From Piromyces finnis finn (taxonomy: Eukaryota; Fungi; Neocallimastigomycota), in assembly GCA_002104945.1 (NCBI GenBank), contig MCFH01000092.1, forward strand, positions 1-64,000: 64,000 bases of DNA, in the 5' to 3' direction. Below the pieces are notes generated by a model. It was not told the origin of the DNA. It searched no databases and saw nothing but the letters and a program-made list of their open reading frames with translations. This document shows positions 1-14,531 of the stretch, one piece after another (the first letter of the stretch is position 1; each line of letters begins with the position of its first letter). The position numbers and the translations under genes were made by a program.

Positions 1-196
1 CTTCACTAGTACCAAAATTATAGCAATTAGCAGTATCAAAGAAGTTAATACCTAAATCCAAAGCTCTTTTTACCATTTCATCAGTTTGTTCTTGATTTAA
101 AAGCCATGGAAAATTTTCTCTAACACCAAAAGTCATACAACCTAAACATATTTTTGAAACTTTAATACCAGATTTTCCTAAAGTAGTATATTCCAT
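1..196 (-). CDS. Aldo-keto reductase (aryl-alcohol dehydrogenase-like), 5' part; runs off the window start
   Basis: Manual translation from ATG at 196: MEYTTLGKSGIKVSKICLGCMTFG...VKRALDLGINFFDTANCYNFGTSE. These are the classic AKR N-terminal motifs (LG.SG.KVS.ICLG.M.FG; GINFFDTA..Y). Not in the ORF track. Confidence 0.9.
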   Translation of the reverse strand, partial: MEYTTLGKSGIKVSKICLGCMTFGVRENFPWLLNQEQTDEMVKRALDLGINFFDTANCYNFGTSE

Positions 197-482
197 TTTA
201 TTTAGTATTTGATACTTGGTTTTTTTCACCTAAAATAATTTACGTAAATTTATAAAAAAATATAAGGAAAATATTCTTCTTTTATACTTTTTCAAATTTT
301 TAATTAATTAATGTATAGTAAATTAATAAATTAAAATGAATTATCATACATACAAAAATGATCAAAAATGATTAAATTAATAAATGAATAATTTTATATT
401 AATAATTTATCAATTTTTAAATGGAAATAAATCCGTTAATCCTAAATTTTCTTCTTTTTATTTTTTTTTTTTTTAGATTTAG

Positions 483-856
<374 letters not shown>

Positions 857-1947
857 CGCTAATAGTATTAGTAGTGATATGAATGATGAAAGAATAATAG
901 AATAATAATTTATAATCGAGATATATATTAATTATTAAATTTTAGTTATTTATTTTTTTTTTTAAATGTAGTTGAATGTATAAAATATATTTGATTTAAA
1001 TATTACAATATCAATTATTTAATTGTGAAAATTTAATAATGTTCTTTATATTACAGAGTAAAAATAGTGAAAATTTGGAAATAATTTTTTAACCTCTTAT
1101 TAATAATATATAATAAAATAAAGTGATCTTAAAAAACTTTATAATAGATATATATATATATATATATATATAAATTTTGACCAGCAAATTTTCAATGGTT
1201 TTCAGACTATTGTGCTTTTAATATGAATAAATAACTTCTTTATTTTGGTACTTTTTATCAAAATAATTTTATTAAAAATTTTTTTTTTTTATACTCTTAA
1301 ACCAATTATTCATATTAAAAATTCACTGGATTATTAGAATTGTTATGTATTTTAAACTGTAAAATATCTGTATTATTGTACAATAATTCTCATATATATA
1401 GTATATTTATGATATTTTACATAATAAACTCTATTATTTGAACTAGAAAAATTTAAGATTAAAAAAAAAAAAAATTCAATTTATTTCCATTCAAATTTAT
1501 CTTAAAATTATAATACAATTAAATAATTTTTATAATTAAATAAAATATATATTTATTTTAATTTTCAATAATTATTGAAAGTAATCAAATCAGGAAACTA
1601 TTGTAAACTTTTTTTCATCATTTTTTTTTTAGATTTTTTATTATTTTTATTTTAAATTTTTTTTATTATATTTTTATTTTTATTTATATATAGTTTTGTT
1701 TATTGTTCTTTGCTGATTTTTTTTTTTTTTTTTTTTTTTTAATTTCGTATTATTTTATAATTGTTTATTTTCTTAATATATATATAATTATTTGAATTTA
1801 TTTTTTTATAATTATTATTAGTTTATTTTTTATTTTTAATACTAATTTATTATTAATATTAATTATTATTATTATGAATGTTTTAAAAATCGTAATTTAT
1901 TGTTTGTAATGTATTGAATTAAAAAAAATAAGAAAAAGGGAACAAAT

Positions 1948-4900
1948 CTAATTAATGGCATTAGATAATATTTCACAAACAGCTCTTACTGGTGAACGAA
2001 CTGTCAATTCTAAGGTAACTCCTGTTGAGGATTCATAGATCATACGTGCACGAGCGATACATGGAATTCCACCGACAAAGGTACCTGTTAATAATAAAGC
2101 ATGTGTAGAAGCTCTGTCTTCTACTATATCAGAGTTTTCACATGGAGTCATACCTAACATTTCAACAACACTACTTATAGCCTCTGTTTATAATAATGGT
2201 TTAATTTTAATTAAAAAAAATTAATAAAAGACTTTAGTTCACCTTCTTATTTTAGTTATTATTAAATTATAATTCAAGTATTACTCTTTAATGAAGTAGC
2301 AGCAGTTAACATGTAAGTTTCAACAACTTCATTGGCATCACCAATTTCATCCCAAGCCTTTTGGAAGTTAATTATAAAGGCTGGAGCAACATAATCACCA
2401 ATACTTAAATCTAAATCTTCAAGCTATATTGATTGTAATAAAAATAAAAGTATTTCTTATAAATAAAACCATAGATAAAGTAAAATGAAATTATATGATA
2501 CTAAAAAAAAAAAAACTTACTTGGTATTCATCTTCATAACCTTCAGTATCAATATCACCAGTAGTTGGATCACAATCCTTAACAATGAATTTTAATAAAC
2601 AAGAGAAGGTAACTAAAAAATTATAATAATAATAATATTAATATTTTTATATTTAAATAATGTCTTTTAATTTAATATTATGTTATTTTATATTAAGAAA
2701 TTACCTGATGGAGTGTATTGTTGTGGTCTCTTGTAAACAACGTAAATCTTTTCTGGTTGATCGTAAAGTAATTGATTACATGGAATACAGAACATTGGTT
2801 GTAATAAATCTATATTTTCATCATCTTGTGAGGCTATATCCATAACAATACTAACATTTTCTAAAACAGAATCATTTAAAGTATTTCTACAATTAAACTA
2901 TTTTACATATACATTGATTTATAATTAATAACAATTATATAAAATATATTTAAAAATTTTACGATTTGGTCTTATTTTCAATAAAAATAAAATCGTGACT
3001 TACTTGGAATACAATAGCTTCTTGGAATATGTGCTTAACACAACCAACAACATATTCAGTTTCTAATTCAGTTAATGGAGTTAAAGCAGATGAAGTGAAT
3101 AATTTACCAAGGGCAGCCAATTGTGGAATAGCTTCCATTTCCATAGCATATTGTTGTTGTGGATCAATAATTTCAGACATAGCACTCTTCTTTGGTGATG
3201 GTTCTCTGGCAGAATTCATGGCAGATGAAGCTAACATACCAGCAGTCTTAGTCTTAATACGTAATTGTTCAGACTTTTCTTGAGCCTTAGTAATAATTGG
3301 AATCTTTGAAATATCGAAGGCAGTCTTACGAAGAGTTTCATCTTCAATATATTCTTGTAAACTACTTTCAAGGTAGTTCATAGAATAAGTATTTTCTAAA
3401 TAAAAAATATATTTTTAATATATGGGATCTTTCTTTAATAATTATATTTACATATATTTTCATTCTATAATAATAATAACTTTATAAATATATATTTGAT
3501 TATTAATAAAATATTTACCGTTAACAATATACTTCTGGCATAATTCTTCGTTATCTAAAATTCTGAGATATAAGGAAGCACGATCACGAACTTCATCATC
3601 AACATCTTCAAGACATCTTTGTGATTCAATTTTTTTTAAATATATAATAAATTTATTTATTATATTATTACCATAATTTATTTAATTATTTCTTCATTAA
3701 TAATTGATAATTATTTTATTAAATATTCTAATTACCTATTTAAAAGAACCTTAATTCTTTCACGAAGTTCTGGTATTTTAATGGCAAACTTAGCTAATGC
3801 ACTGGTGGCAGCAGCACGAATAGTAGAATTTTCTAAAATAATTCTATTATATATATATCTAATATATTGTGATGGTTGAGAAACTTCTGGACCTTCAGCA
3901 CCAAGTAAATGAAGAATACGAACAGAAAGCTTGGTAAATTCACAATCTTCGATAAATTCACAAAGATAAGAAAATGCTTTTTAAATTTTTTAAAAAAGAA
4001 GGGAATAAGTAATAATATTGTTAGTATTATTATGAGTAAAGATTTAATAATATATAAATTTAACAAAGAAAACTTTATCTCTTTTTATTATTACCAAATT
4101 CTCTTGATTCTGGAATACTTTGAACAATGTCAAAAATAGCATCAACAATAGCTTTCTTGTATTCATAACCACCTTCATCTCTAAGAATACTAGCTAAGAA
4201 GTTTAACATCATAGTTTGTTTTTGTGGGAACTTTAAACATAATGCACGAATTGCATCAACAACAATAATCTTAAATTCATCGGCTATTTCAGACATAAAT
4301 CCACTAATTTGCTTCATTAAACGATCAACACTAGCTTCATTACCTGTCTTTAATAAAGTAGTAATAGCAAAAGTAGCAATACTACGGTTAGAATCAGTAA
4401 TAAGGTTTTCAATATCTAAGTTACAGGAAACAATCGCTTGTGGATGAGTTAATGATAATTTATTTAAAGTACGGATAGCAGCGAATCTTAACGGAACCTT
4501 TGGGCTTACAAGCATTAATTGTAAAGCTTGATTATTATTATTATTATAAATAATAATAATAAGACATATTATTATAAGGATTAACAAATATTTATTGAAA
4601 TTTTTTATTATTAATTATATTATTTACCTGAAACAGCTGGATATAATTCTTTAGAAGTAACGTTTTTCATGTTACATATAGATCTAGCAGCTTCATATAC
4701 AATCATATCGTTCTTATGTCTTAGGAAACCTTCTAAGATTTCATATAAACCTCTTGCATTGCTATTTTATATATTATAATTGGTAAAACATTTTGTCAAT
4801 ACTTTAACATAAATAAGGCATAAAAAATAAATTTTATAATATACCCATCAATATCTTCTTCATCTAAGATCTTTGCAATATATCTAACTAACATACAGTA

Positions 4901-6524
4901 TGCATATGGAGAACGAAGTCCGGATGAATAATTTTGAATCATTTTTATGACAGCCATTCTATCATGTTGTTTTATTAAATACATTAAACCAATAGCATGA
5001 TATTGAGTAGCTAAACCTCTACTATTTGAAGCTTCTTGGACTTCATTTATCCATCTCTTAACTACTTCTTTATTTTTATTGAATAAATGGTGTGATGAAA
5101 CAAGAGCAGCACTAGAAACACTTGGGTTTCTGTCAACAATAGCTTGCTTTAAGAAACGTTCAATACTTTGAAGCATTGAACTCTTTATTATTGAAATTAT
5201 TAATCAATGATAATGTATGTTATTTTATATATACAAAATACTTTTTATTTATTATTTGCTTTTATATTTTATTAAATAATAATTTCAAAATAAAATTCCT
5301 TGTTTTAAATTAATTTATTAATATTCAAAACTTACATCAGTAATTTTACATAAAGCACGAATGGCATTAGCACGATATATAGTTTCAGAAGTTGAATTGA
5401 TATCTTTAACTAAACTAGAAGTAACCATAATTACATCTTCAGCAATTGATGATAATTCCTTAATAGTTAAATAAACCATTTGTCTTAAAGAAATCTAATA
5501 TTTTTTTTTAGTATATTAATTATAATGTATAAATAAAAAATAAATTTGAAATTATAAATATTTAAGTATATACCATATTTAACGTTTAATAATTTTTATT
5601 AATTATATTAATTAATATTTTATGCAATATATATATTTTTTAAAATATTTTTAAATTAAATTTCTAAAACTCACGTCTTTAGATTGGAATAATTTTGTAA
5701 TAGAGAAGAAGGTTTCTGTGGCTTCAGCAGTTGCAAAAACTTCAGAATGAGCGAGAAGATATAAAATCTTTGTTAAAATTTGTTGACATTTCTTTGGATT
5801 AATTGGGTATTCATTAAAAGCACGAGCTTCTTGTAAAACTGTACTTTTATCAATTCTTTGGAACATATCTCCATCTTATTTATTATGAATAATAAAATAA
5901 TAGAAAAACAGATATTTAGTATATTTACTTTTTATTTGATAATTCCAAAAGAATATATTATATATCCAATAATTATAATTTTAATAAAAACTATACTATT
6001 ATAAATTTGGTAAAAATCAATTCATTTTCCTGAAAAATATTGCAAAATATCAATACAGTGATGTAAAATAGATTTTCATAATTTAAAATATGATTTTTTT
6101 ATTAATTACTTATTTAATAAATATTTTTAAATTCTTTTATGATATTATCAAAATTGAGAATTGAAAAATTTGTTTATCTTTGTTTATATTAATATTTTTT
6201 TAATTGTTTAAAAATATAAATAATCACAGGACTTAAAAACTATTAAAGTTACTTTCATTTGTGACTTATCATACTATAAATTAAATTATACGAGATGAAT
6301 TTAAATATTTTAAATATTTTTATTATAACTGCTCTTTCTTGTTATTTCTTTTCCTCTTGATTTGATTATACATTTTTTTTTCGTTATTTTGATGGATAAT
6401 ATTTGTTTATTTTTATTTTAACAATTTTAATTTGAAACATATCAAATATGGATTATATATATTTATTAACTTTTTTTTTATTTATTTATTCACCTGTATC
6501 TTCATCTTTCTTTTGCATCATCAT
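1948..6524 (-). CDS. SEC21: Coatomer subunit gamma (gamma-COP), multi-exon
   Basis: Exon 1 6494-6524 ([10 protein letters not shown]) splices GT-AG in phase 1 to exon 2 5675-5874 ([21 protein letters not shown]). Later exons give [37 protein letters not shown] and the C-terminal appendage ending [20 protein letters not shown]. Confidence 0.95.
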
Positions 6525-7330
6525 TTTGAATATTAATTTCTTTTCTACTTAAAAAATTATGAGTTTTATTGTTTTGTTGTCTTTTTCTATATAAATTTAT
6601 TATTAATAAAAGAAAATTGATAATAATTTATTTTTCTTCCGTTTTCCTATTTTAATCTATATTGTATTATTTTTATTGTATTTATTTATTTTTTATATAA
6701 TTTTCCCCTTCTATATATAAATAAAGATGTAATCACTTTCTTTATAATTTATATATAAAATGGTTGATTATATTATATATATTTAAAAGAAAAAAAAATA
6801 AATAAAAATAAATAAAATTATTTATAATTATAAAATAGTTAAAATTTTAATTTATAAAATTATATATAGTAAATATATTTAAAAAATGATTATACATTTT
6901 TTTGTTATGTTATTTTATTGTTATATTTTATATATTAATTAATGTATAATAAATTACATTATTCTTTTATTTTTATTTAATTTTTATATTTTTATTATAT
7001 GTGTGCTAAATTGTTATTGGATAGAATAAATCAACATTTTATTATGTATTGTACATTTATAATACATTATTGTTTTATTTATATAAATTAAATTTGTTTT
7101 TTTTTTTAAAACTATTCCTTTTTTGTTATAGCATGTATTTTTAGTATAATCAAAGAAATATATGATTACTATATTTTGTTCATTTTTTTTTTATTATTAT
7201 TATTTCGGATATGTTTTTTTAAATATAATACCTTTTCATTAAAAGTAAAATAAATTAAAAGATAAATATTATAAAATATAATATATAAATAAAATAAATA
7301 ATATCTCAAACAAAATTATTAATTTTTTTT

Positions 7331-7363
<33 letters not shown>

Positions 7364-7970
7364 AAATATTATTATTAAAATCTTGTATCATTTTTCTATT
7401 AAATATAACTAATAATATATATATAATATTAGGAATAAAATATAAGTAAATATTAATTATTACACAAATAATAAACATTAATATTTAAAAGACCATTTAT
7501 TTATTCCATATATATATGTATATATGTATTTTATTCTTTGAATTTATTTCTTTAACTTTATTTATTTTCAATACTCTCAGTAATTTTTATAAATATGTAA
7601 GTTTCATTATTAAAACCTTAAATTAAATATTATATTTAACACTAAAAGTGTTAACGTCTTTGTTATTTATTTATATATTGTGTTAAAATTGTTGTTTTAG
7701 TTTTTTTTTTATATATATAAATTTGAAAAATATTTTTTTAATAGATCATTTTTCTTTTCTAATTATTCTTATAAAAATTTTATTTATATTTAATAAATGT
7801 AATAATTTAATATCTTAAAATGTAAAAGAGTACATTTTCCTTTCTTCCTTTTCTTTTTAGTTGCATCCTTGCGATTTTATTCCTTGTTTATAAAATTTTT
7901 AATTTATATTATTATATATTTAGGAATGCTTAAATTATTATTATTTTTTTAACAATTTATACTTATTGTA

Positions 7971-10186
7971 TTAATTTATTTTAATATTATTTTTTTTACT
8001 ACGTTTAAAACGGAAAATTTTCTTTATTCCAGAAAATTTCTTTAATTTTGATGGCTTAGAGACAGCTGTAGAATTGCTATCTTTTGATATTGTTGAAATT
8101 TCTGAGGTAGATAATTCTTCTTCTAATATTTTTTCTTTTATTTCACATGTTTTTGAAATATTTTCACTAATGCATTCATCATGAACCAATTGCATAGCTT
8201 TAAGAGATTCTTTACTTGATATAACACATGCGATATTATTATTTGATGCACCATGCGATATCATTTCGACTTTAATGTTATTTTTTGATAAGATATTTAA
8301 CATTCTAGTAGCTAATGATAATTTATCGACAAAAGGTGGTGTGATTATTGCTAAAATACACATATCTCTTTTAACCTCGGCCTGTAAAATGAAGAATTAT
8401 AAATAAATAAATAAATAATAAAAATAAATAAATAACCACAACTATTGTTAATTTATTATTATCCTTTAAAACACAAATAACTTACAAATTCATTTGTTTT
8501 AATAGTTTGAATGAATTTTTCCAATTTCTTTCCAGTTTCAGTTAAGGCTAAAAGAACCTTTTGTTGGGAAATAGAAACAAGATCAGGTGATATATCCTTT
8601 TTTTCTAATTGATGTAATAAAGAATATATAGTATTAAATGATGATGATGGTGTATCTAAATCAATATGTATTAAAGTAGCATTGTCTTTAACAATAACAG
8701 CTGTAGGTTCATTTTCATAAACAGTATCTTCAGATTTACTATCTTCGCTCTTTGAATCCAAAACAATAAGAGTTCCTTGATCTTCTGGGTTAAATACACA
8801 TTTAATTTTTACAGGAATTCCTGATAAAACTGCTTGTTTCATTACATATGGGTGAATAACTTCACTTCCAAATAATGTCAATTCTGCAGCTTCTGAGGCT
8901 GATAACTCTTTTAAAAGTTTTGCTTTTGGATTTTTATTTGGATCAGCAGTGAATATACCATCAACTTCCTATTTTATTTCATTGAATAATAATATATAAA
9001 TTAAAGGTTATTTTAATAAAACTTATTTAAAATCATATTTTAAAAAATAATCGTTTTTTGTGAAATAAAAATTAATATTAAATTCACCTTCCAAATTTGA
9101 AGTTCTCTTGCTTTAATACCAACAGCAATTAAAGCCGCACATAAATCAGTGTATCCACGACCAATTGTGTTTAATAAACTTCCAGGAATAAGACCAAAGA
9201 AACCAGTAACAACTGGAACCTTATTGCTATCCAAACAAGCTTGAACTGGCTTAGCAAACTTTTCACTTAATACTTGGAAAAATTTATCACTTAAATTTGG
9301 AATATCATTGAAGTCATCATAATTAACAGCATGTTCAAGATTAATATATTCAGAATCAATTCCCTTAAATTAAAATAAATTTTTATTTATATAAAAATAG
9401 ATGCTTATTAATTATGTATGATTATATTTAATTATTAAAAAGTTACAATACTATTGAATTATAAAAAAAAAAAAAAAAACTCTATGTATAATTTTTCATA
9501 AAGAATAATTGTAATTATATTAATATTTATAAATAATACTTTACTTGGCTCTTTAAAATACCAGAAAATAAGTTTGCAGAAAGCTTTTCACCAACACTGA
9601 TAATATAATCTTTAGATTTAACTGAAATTTCACCTACAACAGCAATGGCAGACATAAAGATTTTTAAGGAATTACATTCTTTGTTAATGCTATCAACAAT
9701 TTCATTTAAAATTGCTTCAGTCTTGATAACTTCTTTTGCAACAGAGACATGATATTCTTGAATTTCATTTACGATTTTTATTGAAATATCAGAATTATTA
9801 ATATTATCCATTGCTTGAATTAATTTACTTGTGGTTCCTTCAGATTTTTTATAACTACTCATAGCCGAAAGAACAGCTACAACTTTAGAAGATTCTAATG
9901 TTTTTCTTTATTATTAAAAGTTTTTATTTTATTATTATTTTTATTTCATTATATTATATTATTATACATTAAATTTAAAATTATATTTAATAATAGATAA
10001 TATTAATAATAAAATTAATTATTAATTAAACATTTATTTTTTTTAATCAAATTTTTACTTTATAATATTAGCAACATTAAGCATAGCTTTTGCAGTACCA
10101 ACACTAGTACCACCATATTTTTGTACCAAAGTATTTGAGTTTTTAAATGCTGGCATTGTGGAAGGTTCATCAATTAATGAAACCAT
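7971..10186 (-). CDS. HOM3: Aspartate kinase, 5 exons (10059-10186, 9545-9905, 9088-9363, 8486-8968, 7971-8381)
   Basis: VQKYGGTSVG, VVAVLSAMS..K.EGTTS, GRGYTDLCAAL, IWKEVDGIFTADP, FGSEVIHP and ACT-domain EMISHGASNNNIACVI. All junctions GT-AG and in phase. Confidence 0.95.
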
Positions 10187-10770
10187 TTTTAATATTTTTT
10201 TTATTTAATAAAAAATATCTATAATTTATTATTTATATTTTTGTTTATTTGTTTATATATATTATTATATTTTAAATTTCCGTAGTTATTGGTTTTAATT
10301 ATCTTTTAGTAAAAATAAAATATACTATATATATTATATTTTAATTGAATTTTTATTTTTTATTCTATTTTTATTCTTATTCTTTTTTTTTTTTTTCAAT
10401 TTCAATAAATTTAAAGCATTATTTAATTTATTGTTTTTAATTATATAAATAAAAATAGCGACTTTTAATTTTAAAATTTTGTTAAAAGTAACCAAATATT
10501 TATAAAAAAATAAAATATTAAAAAAAAAAAAAGAGATAGAGAGAATAAAAGAAAAAAGAATATCTCTCCTTTCACTATTATAAATTAGAAATTTCAAAGC
10601 AAAGGAAAAAAAAAAAAAAAAGAAAAAAAAAAAAAATTTATATAGGTCATGTAATACAAAAAAATAAATTAAAAATTATACAGAAAAAAATTGTTTGCTC
10701 AATTAATATTTTATTTTAATATTAATAAAATCAAAGGAGAAAAAAAAGGGAAAAAAATCTATCCTGTGAG

Positions 10771-10797
10771 TGAGTAATGTGAGTAATGTGAGTAATG
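10771..10797. promoter_or_regulatory. Three tandem TGAGTAATG units (AP-1/Gcn4/Yap-like sites) about 0.6 kb upstream of the aspartate kinase start
   Basis: TGAGTAA at 10771, 10780 and 10789, each one mismatch from TGA(C/G)TCA. The function is inferred. Confidence 0.3.
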
Positions 10798-12230
10798 GGG
10801 GGTATTAATGAAAATATTACTCTTTTTTTATTTTATTAGTAATTTTCATAGACCTCATCCTTGTACCTTTTTTTTTTTTTTTATTCTACTCAAGATAAAG
10901 TTTATTTATCAAAAAAATTTAATTAAATTACATTGTAATTTTTAATAAAAAATTAATTACAAGCTTTTGCAGAAAAAAAAAAACTATTTAATTAGTGACT
11001 TTTTTAAATTTATCTCTTTTTCTTTTTAACATCATAAAAAAAAAATAATAATAATTAATAATAAAAAATTTTTAAAAAGCGGAATTCAGAAATTAATATT
11101 TCCTTAAAAAAGTAAAAAACTATCTATTATTTTATCATTAGTATTTATTATCTTATTATCATGATGATTATATTAAAATGATTGTATTTTTCTCAATTTA
11201 TCTTTTATATATCTAATTATACTATCTATAATAATCCTACATAGAATTATTATTATTTAATTTCAATTTTAATTCATTTTCATAATTAATTCATTGTAAA
11301 AAACATATATACATATACACTTAAGGTAGAAACATAGATATATTAAAATAGGAATAAATTATAAGTTAGTAATAACATAATTCCTATTTATTTAGGTAAA
11401 AATGTTGTTATTTTATTTTTGTGAATAAACAATGATGTATGATGTATGCATGCTATTTAAAAAGGAAATAAATTTAATTAAAATATGCATAAACTTACAG
11501 GTATAAATTTATTGTACTATAAGTACTATATATTTATACAGAATATTTATTATTTTTGTTATACTAGAAAAAAAATGGATCACAAATTTTAAACTTTAAT
11601 TTATTGTAATATTTTGTGTACTAAAAAAAAAGCATTTTTATTATTATATTTAGTAAATAAATACAAAACACCATTTATTTAATATACTAAAAAAAAAATA
11701 ATAATATTTCACTCTATAAAATAATTATGATATTGTTATCTTTTATTATTATTTTATTTTTTAATTCTAGTTTTTATTATTAAAGGAAATTTTTATTTAT
11801 TAGAAGATAAGGTAGTTGTAAATAAATAAAAAGTATAAATCATATATATTAAAATAATAAGTTAATAATTTAAAATAGAAGAAGTAGAACATGTATATAT
11901 ACATGATGAAGAAAAATTAATAAATTTTAAAATAGAATTCTCTATAATTAAAATACTTTGGTATATCATTAACGTTGGTAATAGCAAAAATAAAAATTGT
12001 ATATAATTAACATAACATATTATAACTACATATCATAATTATAACAATATATTAATATAATTTTTTTTTGTAAGAATATATTTTTAATTTTTTTTTTTAA
12101 ATGATAAATTTGAAATAATTTCCTGTTATACTTAAATATAATATATTAATTTTGTTTTTGGTGTATCAAAAAATATTAATTAATCATTATTATTATTAAA
12201 TATACATTTTTCCTATTGTTTTTGGTATTA

Positions 12231-13060
12231 TTAACTTTTCTTTTCCAACTTCCAACGATTCATGGCTAATTGAACTGGATTACAATTTAATGAACCAAAC
12301 ATTCCATCAATATCTTTTCCTGTCCAATTCCAACCATATTCCATATTTCCACATACTGGATAATCATAAGTTTCTTGAGGAAATCCAGGTTTTATTTTCC
12401 AATGGTATCGTAGACGATTAGAATTTGTATAAATTGGTTGACCAGGTAATGATTCTTGTTTAGGTTCGTTACTACCAAAGTTATGAGTTGAGAGCATTAC
12501 ATCTTTTTCTTTTTTTTTATTTAATGGATATAATCGAGATAAATCATATTCTTTTTCACCTATTTTCATAGAAGTATTTTTTGATCTATTAGCTACTGGA
12601 TATTGACTTATAGTTCCTATATCCTACAAAGGTATTTAATATTTTTTAAATTTATCATTGTTATTATTACTTATTTACTTTTTAAAAAAGAATAAATATA
12701 TTTTTATATTCATTTATTATTTAATATTTTTAATATATAATAAATATGTACTGTCAAATTAGCTTGCATTTTATTAGTACGTTTCTTTTCTTTCATAAAA
12801 TCCCATCTATTATCATATTCGTTTGCAGCTTGTCTTTCTTTTATAATTCTTTGTTCCCTATATGTGTTCATATATTGAATTATAGGAAAATGGATTGAAT
12901 ATATTAATATATTACTCTTTTTCTTTTATCTAATTTCTAAATATGTTTAATGTATTTATTATATGTATATATGTATATAAAAAGAAGATAATTTTCACCA
13001 TGCATGATCTCTACCATAGGTTTTTGTTTTTGTTGTTTTTCCTCTATTCCTTGACTCCAT
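12231..13060 (-). CDS. Small protein resembling ciliary microtubule inner proteins (CIMIP1/C20orf85, SPMIP1-type); 3 exons 12999-13060, 12752-12857, 12231-12623
   Basis: Splicing gives MESRNRGKTTKTKTYGRDHAWEQRIIKERQAANEYDNRWDFM...PQETYDYPVCGNMEYGWNW. The D..W...I..E......W.F helix and P.....YGW motif recall MIP families; family assigned from memory. Confidence 0.7.
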
Positions 13061-14531
13061 ATTATATAATATGAATTAGATAAACTTTTTTTTAAACAAT
13101 TATTCTAATACTGCTTATTTTTTAGGTATAATGTTTTCAATCTATTATATTTAAAAGTTTTTGTTTAATGCAATTTACAATATATAAGTTCCCTCTATTT
13201 TATTTATCAATAGTCACAATTTTGATAATTTTTATTTATTCAAAAAATATGATTTTTTTTATTTTTGTATTATTTTCAAATTTTAAAATATATTATTCAA
13301 TTTAATAGTAAATAAATATTAAATAATGTTATGTGTATGTGGATATATAAAAAGAACTATTTTTTAATATATATTTATTAATAGATATTATCCATCCATT
13401 ATTGTATTTATATAATTATATTTATAATTATTTTTTATATATATAAAAATATAAAAATATAAAATTAAAGAAACTAAATGATAAAAAATTATAATTATTA
13501 TATAAAATATTTCCCATTCTTATAATAACTTTAATCTTTAAAAAATTAATATAAGAAATATATTTTTAAACTATTCTTTTAATTAAAAACTTTAACATCA
13601 AGGTATTAAGGAATACCCGCTGTTTTTCTCTAAATTATATATTAAATAAATGAAAAAAGTTTATTATAGATATAAATAGTTATAACCTAAAAATAATAAT
13701 TTTATATATTTATAAATTTTATTAAAAAATAGTTATAACAGTTATTTATCATCATTTCAATATAAAGTTTATATTATATATTATTAAATGCTTTTCATAA
13801 TTGTGATTATTATAATTAATACCTATTACATAGCATTTTATTTTATTTTATTATAAATTATAAATAGGTAATTTTTTTGTTTACAATAACATACCTTATT
13901 TATTTCACGCAGCAACATAAAAATTAATTAAATTTAAATTAATATGAAATGAAATAAACTTTTTTTGTTGAATAATAAAGATTAAAATTGTTTGAAAAAA
14001 AAAAATTTTTTTTTTTAGTATTTTTTTTTAACTCCACATAAAATCTTAAAAGAAAACCAAATTATATTAACATGTAAAAATTATTATCTTTTTGAATTAA
14101 TATTTAAATTGTAATTTTATAAATTACATATAATGAAATAAAACAAAAGTAAATCCTTCTAATTACATAATATCATTGATTTCAATTATAAATAATAATA
14201 TTTTATATTTATTTTTTATTTACATATGATAATTTCAATAAATTAAATGTAATAACATAAATTATGAAAATGACATTATTAATACAGTATTTTTCTTTTC
14301 TTTTTTTTCTTTTTTTTTTTTTGCTATAAATTAATTTTAATATTATTTTCTTTTTAGAATATATATAGAAAAAAAGAATTATATTTTGTCTATTTTAATG
14401 TTATTTAAAGTAACTATTATATAATAATATAATAATCCGTTATGTAAACTAATAAATTAAAAATAATTATATGTATATATGATATTATTTATTGTGTATG
14501 TTTTATTATTTTTCAAGATATATATTACTTA

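Noticed and set aside
3029-4139. Antisense and alternate-frame ORFs over gamma-COP
   Set aside because: They overlap conserved SEC21 exons and have no motifs of their own.
10334-10597. 87-aa ORF upstream of HOM3, and similar ORFs at 2660, 25057, 30984, 41016, 41238 and 46505
   Set aside because: I/K/N/F/Y-only composition typical of random AT-rich intergenic DNA.
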